From contig OZ287087.1 of assembly GCA_965645245.1 (NCBI GenBank), positions 558,001 to 622,000 of the forward strand: a DNA stretch of 64,000 nucleotides, given 5' to 3'. Positions within the stretch are counted from its first letter, which is position 1; each line of letters starts with the position of its first letter. The position numbers and the translations under genes were made by a program. Source of the DNA: Massalongia carnosa. Its lineage: Eukaryota. The notes beneath the pieces are model-generated. The model did no database searches and was not told where the DNA came from. It saw only the letters and a list, made by a program, of their open reading frames with translations. This document shows, in pieces, positions 22,879 through 32,408 of the stretch.

Positions 22879-23633
22879 AGAATGAGTGAGAAGGTCAGCG
22901 GCAGAAGCCAAAGACGGCACTGAACATAATATATCAGTTCGTACGAGTCACTTACTGTTAGATAGATAAATGATATCACATACCGGAAGACATAGTGATG
23001 AGGACAATGATGAAAGAAAGAAAGAAGAAAAAATAAGTGAGCTTGAAGACTGCACATGATGATATTCACTGTCACAACACGAGCTTGCGTTATTCACCCG
23101 TACGTTTCATTATTAGACTTTCATATTATATTACACTCTCGATGTATATTTTAATCTAATTGACTTGCTTGGTTTCACTCTACATATAAGAGTTACTCGT
23201 CCTGAACACTGCGTAGAAGTGCAAGTCTTGTTCAGGTATCGTACACATCCCGTACGATTAAGTAGTGCTTGTGCTTGTGCTTGTGCTGTAACTTTAAAAA
23301 AATCTTCATACTCACTTTAATAAAGAACAATGTCAGTTTCTCGAGTCGTTCCGTCATCATTAAAAACATGATTCCCAAATATTCATTATATTATTACAAG
23401 ATTGCGCCAGTGTCATTTGAAACCTACCGCTCGTACGGGTCATTGTTGAATGATATATGTAGGGCTCGATGTCGTCAAACTTCAAATGCTTTCGCTTAAA
23501 TTTTGAAGTTAGGGTTACTCTATCGTTTTCAATAAAGGTGATGGCTGACTCAAGCCGTACGAAACATAAAACATGTGTACTTAAGAAAAGCCACAACTAA
23601 CAACTCCTTCATCAACCTAATACGAACAGAGAT

Positions 23634-24686
23634 TCAATGGCTCTGTTCTTCCGATTTTAAGTCCATCTTGGACCGCGTACGACGAGGTGATATCGTTGTC
23701 AAGATGGAAGTTGGCGGAGAGCGGACAGAAATGGTTCTTTTGCGTAGATTTTCCACTGAAGGAAAAGAAGAATCAGTCATTTCTTCGTGTAAATTGTTAA
23801 CAAGAGAATGCAACAACACGTACGAGTCATACCTTGAACATGCGCATCAGAAATCTTTTCCTGTTTGAAGATTTTGTTCTTCTTGACACATTCGTCCGAG
23901 TCTTTTCTTTCCAACTTGATTTTAGATTTCGAATTAAATCGAAGTCTGATCTTGGGTTTTACAGGAGTCTCCACAGTGTCTTTGTCCGAGGTGTCTTGCG
24001 AGTCGTACGAGGTATCCAGTCTCACCGCAATCACCCACATGTTGTATTCATTGATTGCAGACTTTTTAAAGTACTGCAGATATTCAATCAACGAAGTTAC
24101 ATCTCTAGCACTGCAACCCAAATCTGTGGCTCCATGTTTGTCTGACCAGTCACATGCCAAATACACTGCTATGGCAGTGGATTTCAGGTCATCGTAAGAT
24201 GTCATTTCTAGTAGGATTGATTTGTTTAGGAAAATGGAAGGATTGAACTCCGTGTGCTCGTTGAGAATTATGTTTGTCATGGCTAATATATTAATATAAC
24301 AACTCCTCACGGAAGAAACGACAGTATAAACACTTACAAACTTTGATCCATTTAACCGTCTTGCTGTTATCAAACAAATAACATTCTCGAATCACCAAAG
24401 GTGCAATTATCTTATGCACTATGCCAGAAGATACTTGAGATTGAGATCCTGTCTTCCGTACGCTCATGGCTGGCAATCCAGCATGAGGTTTCAGAGAAAC
24501 TTTGGACTTTGGAATAGTTCCCAGTCGTTGAAGATTCACATCCTTCCCATCTCCATACGTGGCAAATCGTTTTGCATGCTGAACTCTACCCCGATCTTGA
24601 GCCGTTTGTACATTCTGAGCTCTCAGTAGGTTCGTACGAGATTCAAGAATCTCGGGCGAATCGTCGAAGACAATATAATTTGCCAT
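23634..24686 (-). CDS. Transposon accessory gene of unknown function, copy B (probably 3 exons)
   Basis: MANYIVFDD...WIK | HTEFNPSIF...AHVQ | EMTDSSFPS...QSH*; basic, S/T-rich C-terminus; conserved in copy A. The ORF is open upstream to 24860. Confidence 0.5.
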
Positions 24687-25942
24687 AGACTTTCCAGGAG
24701 TGATTTCCGCTTTCGTAGCAGCAGAACGTGTCGGATTGAAAAAAAAAGCAATGAGGACAATGAGGCAAGCTCCAAAAATCGTTATGCGCCACGGGCGCTT
24801 TCGTACAAATTTCTTCCCAAGTTCTGGACGATATGATGTTGAAAATGATATTGAGGACAATGACTCTTATACAATTATCTCGCAATGGAAAGAACGCATC
24901 AATTAACAGAAACAAGATTTTCGACGCTTGTTCACCGCTACATCTTGCAATTAGTAAAATTGTCCACGTATCAAACTACTTATTCAGTAACTGCATGTGG
25001 AACGATCAATCGTATGACTGTGATATATATTATCATAACACAGTAGTACGTCTGAAAAAACTAGAACAAATTGTAACCCTGAAAAAATCCATCGTACGCT
25101 CACAACAAGTGAGCTAATCTCTTCTTATAACGCCATATGCAAATCCTCAAGAAAATCATCTTCTTGAGCGTTTTCATCTGGACCCTCCTCCGCTAATCCA
25201 GATCTTGCACCATTTCTCGATGCGTATGAAGAGCGTCCTCGTCAGGCTGCCATTGAAACGTGGCATTTGGCTTTTGACACAAGGTCAATTCCGGCTCTTG
25301 TTTACTTTGAATATGATCTGTTACTGCTTGTCGCAGTATTAAATATGCCACGCAATGCGTACGTTCTTGTGATTGATTAGAAAAAGCATCTGCTGCAGTG
25401 ATATTGTTGATGTCAATGTCAAGTCCTTGCATGATTTCTTGAATCCATTGCAAGGTTGTCGCAGGAAGATATTCATCAATGGCTGTAACATCATTAGGTC
25501 TCGTACGTGAAATGTTGAAGTCATAACATGCTTACGCCATTCTGCCACGTCATCTTGCAAGATTTGTAACAATTCCGCATTTGGCTGAAGGCGATGATCT
25601 TCTGTTCCTTCAGCGGGATAATTGTACAATCTGACAGATTGACCAGATAAAGAATTGAGTCGCTGACGCTGTTTGCGTATCCTGTGTACATGATGATGAT
25701 GATTATGATGATGTATTCAAACTCCGATATGACACCGGCCGTAGGCCGGCCCATGCGGGCAAAGCTATCTAAGTTATGTTACATGGAAAACCTTTCACAG
25801 GTGTAAAAACCATGTCCCTTGATACCCGTCCGATGTGACTACGTGTCGACGTCGGGCGGGAGACGCAGTGCAAAAGACGTGTGGGAACTGTAATGCCTTG
25901 TGAAAAGAGAAGAAAGAAAGAAAGGTTCAACTATTGTTGATT

Positions 25943-28900
25943 TTACAATATTGTTGATGCTAGTGAGAATTGATTCAATAAGCCTGTTTTCATTAGCCAA
26001 GCAGTTAGTATCTTCAGAGTTTTTGATGATTTGATCAGCTGCTGATAGTCGCTCGTGCCGGCGGCGCGAAACATCTGTTCTCTATTGTCAATAAGTCTGC
26101 AGAACATGATTACATGTTCTGGAGTTTGTCTGTGCCAGCCACATGAGCAGGCCGGTGAGGTGACGGAGGGCACCCGTCGCTTGTAGAGGAAGTCAGCTAA
26201 CCCGATTTTGCCAGTGCGGATTTGAGTTGTTAGAGCGCTTTCTGCCTTTTTTAGCTGCGTGTGTATTTTCAGCCGTTTTTTGCTCAGTGGGACTGATTGT
26301 GCTATGGAGGGTTCGATGACGCGATTTTGATATGCGCACCACGAGTCGTTCCAGACCTTCATTTGTCGTGCTTTGATTGTTTGCATCTGCTTGTGTCGGG
26401 CCGTTGCCGCAACGGTAGCTTCGCGGTGCCACGCCGGGTAGACTTCGAACCATGGTGGGTGTGCCTTTGGTGGTTGAACTATTTTTGAGTCGATCAGTAG
26501 GCTTTTGGCCCAGATGTGTTTCAGCTCTCCCGGGGTGGGCTTTTGAAGTCGGTTGCGACCTGCCTTGCCTCGAAGTTTGTCAGCTATTTTGTTGCATGCG
26601 GAGGAGATGATCTTCAATTGGCCTCCGGCTCGGAGCCGGTGCCTTGCCTGTGCTTGTAGCATGTCGAGATGCGTGTCTATGGGCGCTATGAATGTCTCTG
26701 CTTCTAGTACTGAGATGGGAGTGGCTTTAAAGGCACCGGCTATGGTGCGAAGGTAATTGTTTTGCATGACGGAGAGCTTGCTCGTTGACGTTTTTGACTT
26801 TTTGACTTCTTTGGGCATGTGCCATACGGTTGACCCATATGTCATGGCCGGACGCACCACGGCACTGTAAACCTGCCTTGCCTTGGCGAAGGTGGCACCC
26901 CAGGTTGATGTGGAAATTTTTGTCAATGCCATGGATTGTTTGACCATTTTCTCTTGCGTTTTGCGAACGTGCGGTCCCCATTTCAATTTGGTGTCGATTT
27001 GTAGGCCCAATACTCTGATGTCCGTTTTAGGTTCAATTTCGGTGCTAGCAATATTGATGGATGCAGTCATGTTGAATCTTTTGGGATTTCTGGACAAGTG
27101 TATGAGTTCGTACTTCGTCGGAGCGAATACGGACCTGTGCCGGGAAGCCCACGTCTCACATTGTCTGTGTATTGCCTCTAGAGTTTTGCAGTTTTCCTCG
27201 GTGCTTTTTCCATATGCCAAAATGTTTGCGTCGTCTACGAATGCTATGGCACTTGTGTTTTTGCCTGGTCGATCACATATTTCCAATAGATCTGCATTGT
27301 AAAATAGGTAAAGAATGGATGACAGGGGAGAGCCCTGTGGGATACCCGTTCTTACCGCAAACCGCCCAGTGACTTTTCGATTTATTGCTAAAGTGGTGCT
27401 TCGATCGCTCAGAAAGCTGTTTAACCAGTCGGTGATCCATTTTGGAATTTTTCTTTTCCGTAGGTTGTGCGTTAGTCGTTGATGTGATACCGTATCGAAC
27501 GCGCCGGCGACGTCCATGCTTAGCAGTGTGGCTACTTTGTCTTTTCCCTGTCCCCAAATCGTGTGAACCTGTTCAGTTAGCAGTTCCAGTGCTGACTCTG
27601 TGGATCTGCCCTTCCTTGCTCCCATCTGTGTATCGGGTAGGAGCCGGTGTTTTTCCGCCAGATAGGTTATTTTCGATCCAATGATGGATTCCATAACTTT
27701 ACTGAGCGTGTTGAGCAGTGCAATTGGTCGGTAGGCTTTCGGCGTGGTATAGTCTCCTTTGCCTATTTTTTTCAGCGCTATTGTGTTTGCCATTTTGAAG
27801 GCCCGCGGGTGGTACGAGTGTGTGACGCACGCCTGAAACAGAGGTGTTAGTAGTTCGACAAGTATTTCGCTGCATGCTTTGAGTATTCTGTTAGATATGC
27901 CGTCTGGGCCCGGTGCCTTATCGGACTTGAGCCGACTCAGGGCCGTCGATACTTCTGACTTGGTGATGATTATTGGGCAGTGCGGCGATGTAGGATAGAA
28001 GGATCCTTCTATGTCGCTTAGGTCGGCCGGTGGTGGTGCGGGAAAGAAGACACCTTTCAGCATTTCGGCTTTTTGGTCAAACGTGTCTGCTACTTGGTCA
28101 TTGAATTTTAGCATCGGCATTTTGGATACTTCTCTAGATTGATGACTTTTGTCTTTGGCCCATTTCGCTAGCCGCCATAGTCCCTGAGGCGTTTCGGTGG
28201 CCTTATTGATTTCTTGACGAAAGTTTGTTCTCTTTGCCTTTTGAATGATTTTCTGTTTTTTATCATTGGATTTCATATAGTTAGACCAGTCCGTTAGGTC
28301 TAACGTGCTGGACCATATGCGGCGTAGTTTCCGTGTGGCTTTGGTGGCAATGCTGCATTCTTCTGTCCAGAATGGCTTAGCATATTCGCTAGATTTTGCC
28401 CATGGAACTGCTTCGTTGATGACATTTTGTAGAAATTTTTGAATCGATTCCGTGTACGCATCAATCTCGGCAGTGGTACGGGGAGACTCCGGTATAGGGG
28501 CGTGTCGTTCGGCCTCCCTTAATTTTTCCAGGTTTAGAAGTTTCCATGCTCTGCGTTTGATTTTCGGTTGCGGCTCGCTTCCGAGTAGGATGCGGGTTGA
28601 TATCGGCACGTGATCGGACGATTGATTCAATTCTGGTCTGGACATGCAGTGTTCGAGTCTTTCGACTAGGTATTCTGACATGAAAACCAAATCTATCGTG
28701 CTAGACGTGTTTCTTGCTTCCCATGTTACGGTGCCTTTCGGCAGTGTCAACGAAAGATTATGATCATCGATTATTTCCAGTAATTGATCAGCAGCAGCGT
28801 GTTGTGTGCGTCTTGAGGGACCATTCCAAAAGGGATGATGCAGGTTGAAATCTCCAAGTAGTATGTGATGCGCATCGGCGGTAAGCATGCTCCGAGCCGC

Positions 28901-29296
28901 CGGTAAGGTCGTGGGACTGTCAGTGGATGAATAGGAAGCGGGAGAGGGGTTATACACATTATGGACGTGAATTGTTTCCATAACGCCTTCGGTGTAGGTC
29001 TTTCTTTTCAAAGTGCACATGTCGGCCGAGGTGAATTCCACCTCCCAGCTGTCAGTGTCTATTAGGTCGTTGACATAAAAGCACACTCTGGTGTCACCTC
29101 CTGGGCGGTATAGGAGGTGAAAGCCGCTTTGATGAGAACTAAGCGATGTGGGGGCGGATGGATTGCGCCACGGTTCCTGTATTGCAATAATATCATAGTC
29201 CTGGGTGTTTGTGTCTGCTAAGAGGGGTATCATAGTACTCACTCTGTCATTTCTGACATTATATTGCAATATAGAGAGGGATTTTGTGTCCCTCAT
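25943..29296 (-). CDS. LINE ORF2 (AP endonuclease, reverse transcriptase, C-terminal CCHC)
   Basis: QYNV, IQEP, GDFNLHH, SDH; PGPDGI, GIPQGSPLS, FVDD; CSCG..EHVIMFC. Confidence 0.95.
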   Translation of the reverse strand: MRDTKSLSILQYNVRNDRVSTMIPLLADTNTQDYDIIAIQEPWRNPSAPTSLSSHQSGFHLLYRPGGDTRVCFYVNDLIDTDSWEVEFTSADMCTLKRKTYTEGVMETIHVHNVYNPSPASYSSTDSPTTLPAARSMLTADAHHILLGDFNLHHPFWNGPSRRTQHAAADQLLEIIDDHNLSLTLPKGTVTWEARNTSSTIDLVFMSEYLVERLEHCMSRPELNQSSDHVPISTRILLGSEPQPKIKRRAWKLLNLEKLREAERHAPIPESPRTTAEIDAYTESIQKFLQNVINEAVPWAKSSEYAKPFWTEECSIATKATRKLRRIWSSTLDLTDWSNYMKSNDKKQKIIQKAKRTNFRQEINKATETPQGLWRLAKWAKDKSHQSREVSKMPMLKFNDQVADTFDQKAEMLKGVFFPAPPPADLSDIEGSFYPTSPHCPIIITKSEVSTALSRLKSDKAPGPDGISNRILKACSEILVELLTPLFQACVTHSYHPRAFKMANTIALKKIGKGDYTTPKAYRPIALLNTLSKVMESIIGSKITYLAEKHRLLPDTQMGARKGRSTESALELLTEQVHTIWGQGKDKVATLLSMDVAGAFDTVSHQRLTHNLRKRKIPKWITDWLNSFLSDRSTTLAINRKVTGRFAVRTGIPQGSPLSSILYLFYNADLLEICDRPGKNTSAIAFVDDANILAYGKSTEENCKTLEAIHRQCETWASRHRSVFAPTKYELIHLSRNPKRFNMTASINIASTEIEPKTDIRVLGLQIDTKLKWGPHVRKTQEKMVKQSMALTKISTSTWGATFAKARQVYSAVVRPAMTYGSTVWHMPKEVKKSKTSTSKLSVMQNNYLRTIAGAFKATPISVLEAETFIAPIDTHLDMLQAQARHRLRAGGQLKIISSACNKIADKLRGKAGRNRLQKPTPGELKHIWAKSLLIDSKIVQPPKAHPPWFEVYPAWHREATVAATARHKQMQTIKARQMKVWNDSWCAYQNRVIEPSIAQSVPLSKKRLKIHTQLKKAESALTTQIRTGKIGLADFLYKRRVPSVTSPACSCGWHRQTPEHVIMFCRLIDNREQMFRAAGTSDYQQLIKSSKTLKILTAWLMKTGLLNQFSLASTIL

Positions 29297-30780
29297 AGGA
29301 TTTCCAGCGTTTCGGCCGCTGTGTTCGATGTGACCTGAGTTCCTGCCGTTAATGCTACGGAATCTGCACGAGGCCTACCCAGCACTGGTTTTGCTAAGGC
29401 CTTTACCATATTTTCAGGATTCATGATGCCTATATTAGCCCAGGTAGGTGCGTCGTTTCCCCGATGAGGGCCCGGGGGTGTGCCGGATGAGGGCGTAGCG
29501 TTGTGTATTTTTCTTTTCTTGCCGTTTACTATCTTCCACGTTGATGGAATTTCGTCCGTTTGTGTGACTGTGGGTGTCGACTCTCGTTGAAGTTGAAATT
29601 GAAATGAGGGCGGCTGTGATTCAATTGCATAGAGGGGGGCGCGGTTTTGCATTGCTATTTCAGTTTTTCGCTTTTCAGCTAATCTGACTTTGCATGCTGT
29701 GGACCATGCTTCGTGTCCCTTCTCTCCGCATACGGCGCAACGGCGGTATTGCCCCGTTGTCTCCATATTGCATTCTTTGCTTTGATGTCCACCGGCGCAG
29801 TGACCACAGGCGGCGGGATTGCGGCATGCTCTACCGATGTGTCCGTATTTTTGGCAGTTGAAGCATTGAGTCATGGTGCAACCACGTGTGAAGCGCTCGC
29901 AGTCCTTTATTTCGTAGCTTTCCATTAGGCCCTCGGTGATGAGCCGGTTAGCCATCTCGGCGGTGGCGACCTCGATATGAAGCGTCGAGTACGCTTTTTT
30001 CTCTCTAATGGCCTTGATTGACCAGGCTACTTTGACGATCTTCAGGTTAGGGTGCAGGCGTGCGTTAGCGGCCTGAAGGTAGGTGATGGCTGTTGATTGA
30101 TTGGCCACTTTGATGTTTTCCACCCTGATTCCATTCGCTCTTACGGTGAAGGTGCGGGTGTGCACCGCAGCTGAGGCGGCCACCATGCGGGTCCAATCGG
30201 TCTTCTCCTGCAGGGTCTTCTTTGCTTCCAATGACTCTGCGTGAATCCTGATGTCGCCGTTTAACAAACGCGACACTCCCCTTATTCCTTCAGCTCCATT
30301 TTGTAGTGTTTCTACTAACTCCTTGGTTGGCATTAGCTTCATTTTTTCCTTGTCCGCATCCTCCGTGATGTGAACGGTGATTTCCCGGGCACGTCGCGCT
30401 TCTCTTGGTGTGGGTGCTTTGTCTTTGCGGGGCTGTTGAGGCTTGACGTTTTGGTTCTTTGGGGGTGCGGGCTCATCTCGGCCTTGCCTTGTGGCAGCAG
30501 CGGCATAGCTGCGAGGAGTGGTCTCATTGCGCTCTATGCGTGTCAATGATTGTTGGATTGCCTGTAATGTGTCACCTATGTTGTTGGGAGTTTCTGCAAC
30601 TTTGTCATCGACTAGATTTTGCGCTTGCAAAATTTCCGCTGAGTTTCTCAGCAACTGCAACGCCTCCGGGTCACCAACGGTGCCCACTCGATCAAGATAC
30701 TCCTTGATCTTTACGTGTAAACATTCCCTCCTTTCGCTGTGCGCTCTCGAGAGCGCGTTTGTTTGTTCGAGTGTAGTCAT
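29293..30780 (-). CDS. LINE ORF1 (gag-like, three zinc knuckles)
   Basis: ATG at 30780 inside the element; CFNCQKYGHIGRAC, CGHCAGGHQSKEC, CAVCGEKGHEAWSTAC. Confidence 0.92.
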   Translation of the reverse strand: MTTLEQTNALSRAHSERRECLHVKIKEYLDRVGTVGDPEALQLLRNSAEILQAQNLVDDKVAETPNNIGDTLQAIQQSLTRIERNETTPRSYAAAATRQGRDEPAPPKNQNVKPQQPRKDKAPTPREARRAREITVHITEDADKEKMKLMPTKELVETLQNGAEGIRGVSRLLNGDIRIHAESLEAKKTLQEKTDWTRMVAASAAVHTRTFTVRANGIRVENIKVANQSTAITYLQAANARLHPNLKIVKVAWSIKAIREKKAYSTLHIEVATAEMANRLITEGLMESYEIKDCERFTRGCTMTQCFNCQKYGHIGRACRNPAACGHCAGGHQSKECNMETTGQYRRCAVCGEKGHEAWSTACKVRLAEKRKTEIAMQNRAPLYAIESQPPSFQFQLQRESTPTVTQTDEIPSTWKIVNGKKRKIHNATPSSGTPPGPHRGNDAPTWANIGIMNPENMVKALAKPVLGRPRADSVALTAGTQVTSNTAAETLEIL

Positions 30781-32408
30781 TTTCGCGACAAGTTTATTTG
30801 GGGGTGAGTATTCCTGTGTACATTCCACAATCGTACGAATCCAAAGATCTCTCGCCGAATGATAGGAGTATAAATAGCTAGAAATGCAATGCAATCGGAC
30901 AACATATGAGAATCATAGAGCTTGTCTTCTTGCAACATGGAAAAATACGTCTGTAATGTGTTAACGCTTGTCATTGAAAATGTACGAAAGCGATGACTTA
31001 CTCGCCATCTAAACATAGAACTCTTTGTCAGTTGTCCCCACCATGCCTCGATTCGTTGATTCGCTGTACTAGTACCATAGTAATAACATTCCTCAAAAGA
31101 AATATCAGGCAATTGCTTCTGCATTAACTGATAGTGAGCATTGGCCATCATTGTTGTCTCGGAACCTCTATCCGTACGAATGATCTGAGGCTGGGTGTTT
31201 TCTCTTTGCAGAATATCCAAATATTGACGCAACACGCTGACACCGGTTCTATTTGTGATACCTACATAAGCGTAAACCTCAAGCCCGTACGCCTTGAGTT
31301 TATCGTATCCATCCATAGACCAAAGATAATTCGGTCCCGGAATAACGTATTCTCCTCTATGTCGAAGCAAGTCGGAATAACGCAGTTTTATTCCCACAGG
31401 ATCTAACGTACGAACAGCGGCAAACAATCTATCACTGAAAAGTTATTAGTAACTTAAAATGACGAGTCTCAAAGATTTACACAGGCCGTGAGATAATGTT
31501 TCCTTGCGTACGAAAGTGATAGAATAATTGTCCTCGTCCGAATCCATCAATAACTCCGGAATCTAGTTCCTGACGCACTAGTCTTTCTGCTTCAGCGTCT
31601 GCTTCCGCTTTATTGAAAACAGACACTCGTTTGTATATGCCCATAGATTTTCGAATTCGTTGTAAAGCTCGTGGTGCAATAGTAAAACCTTCTTGCACAA
31701 GAGCATGTAGTGTGTCTGCATCATTGAAGCAAGACTCGTACGTAAGAGCAATAATTCGTAATCTAAGACCAGCAGTATCTGAAGTTATAACATGTGTGCC
31801 AAGAATCCAGCTTTTCAAACGTTCGTTCCAGAGTTCTTCTATTGACTCGTACAGAATGATTTTGAGACAAAAGATATCTTATTTCTAAGACTGTATGTTT
31901 TTGTTGTATCAAACCTGTAACATACAGTTTGTATGCTTCCAAATCAATAAATCGTGGAGGCATTTGTAACTTGTAAGGTGCGAGGTCGCGATTGACAGTT
32001 TCAAATTTTCGTTATGGCGGTTTGGTATTTACCGTCCGCCGTAGATGGCGGGGCTGAATCCTAAGGTAGGCTAGATTTCGATGAGAACGAGCTTATACCT
32101 ACCTATATCATAAAGGGGCACGCTCTGCCATTCAGAATAACCGGACCCTGTCATCTCCGTTGAATCCGGCGCCTCTGACGACGACCCCGTCGCTGATGCG
32201 GAGCAGTGCTCAGGCTCCGGGATGTAGGTCAGACATAGTTCACATACTACGCTATGGTATCTTGAATGACCGACCATCTTTTGCGGTTTGTGATTGTAAG
32301 CTGTGATCGGTGACTGCCGGTATTTTACGATTTGCGCGTGAGTTCGAGCTGATGATCTACAGACCAAGCGCCTCCTGTCCGCACAAGAGCAGATGTCAGA
32401 TCGCTACC

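Larger units (their letters stand above)
25692..30811 (-). mobile_element. Full-length Tad1-clade LINE, ~12-bp TSD TCCTGTGTACAT, (CAT)n 3' tail
   Basis: TSD at 25680-25691 and 30812-30823; empty site in copy A at ~14891; two intact ORFs overlapping at ATGA. Confidence 0.95.
25193..31963 (-). pseudogene. Clr5-like HTH + integrase-core DDE transposase, copy B (3 introns, LINE inserted, frameshift near 31810)
   Basis: Candidate triad D(WSMDG), D(RTDRG), E(NQRIE); WNVHRIRKQ motif split by the LINE. Confidence 0.82.
22056..32043 (-). mobile_element. TIR DNA transposon copy B (IS3EU-like, ~4.9 kb without the LINE), both ends present
   Basis: 37-bp perfect TIRs TACGGCGGACGGTAAATACCAAACCGCCATAACGAAA at 22056-22092 and 32007-32043, plus an inner AATCGCGAC match; encodes a DDE transposase. 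No direct TSD (CAAATC left, GATGGC right). Confidence 0.88.

Noticed and set aside
30781..30894. N-terminal extension of LINE ORF1 in the ORF track (start 30894)
   Set aside because: Runs through the TSD into host transposase sequence; the first ATG inside the LINE is at 30780.
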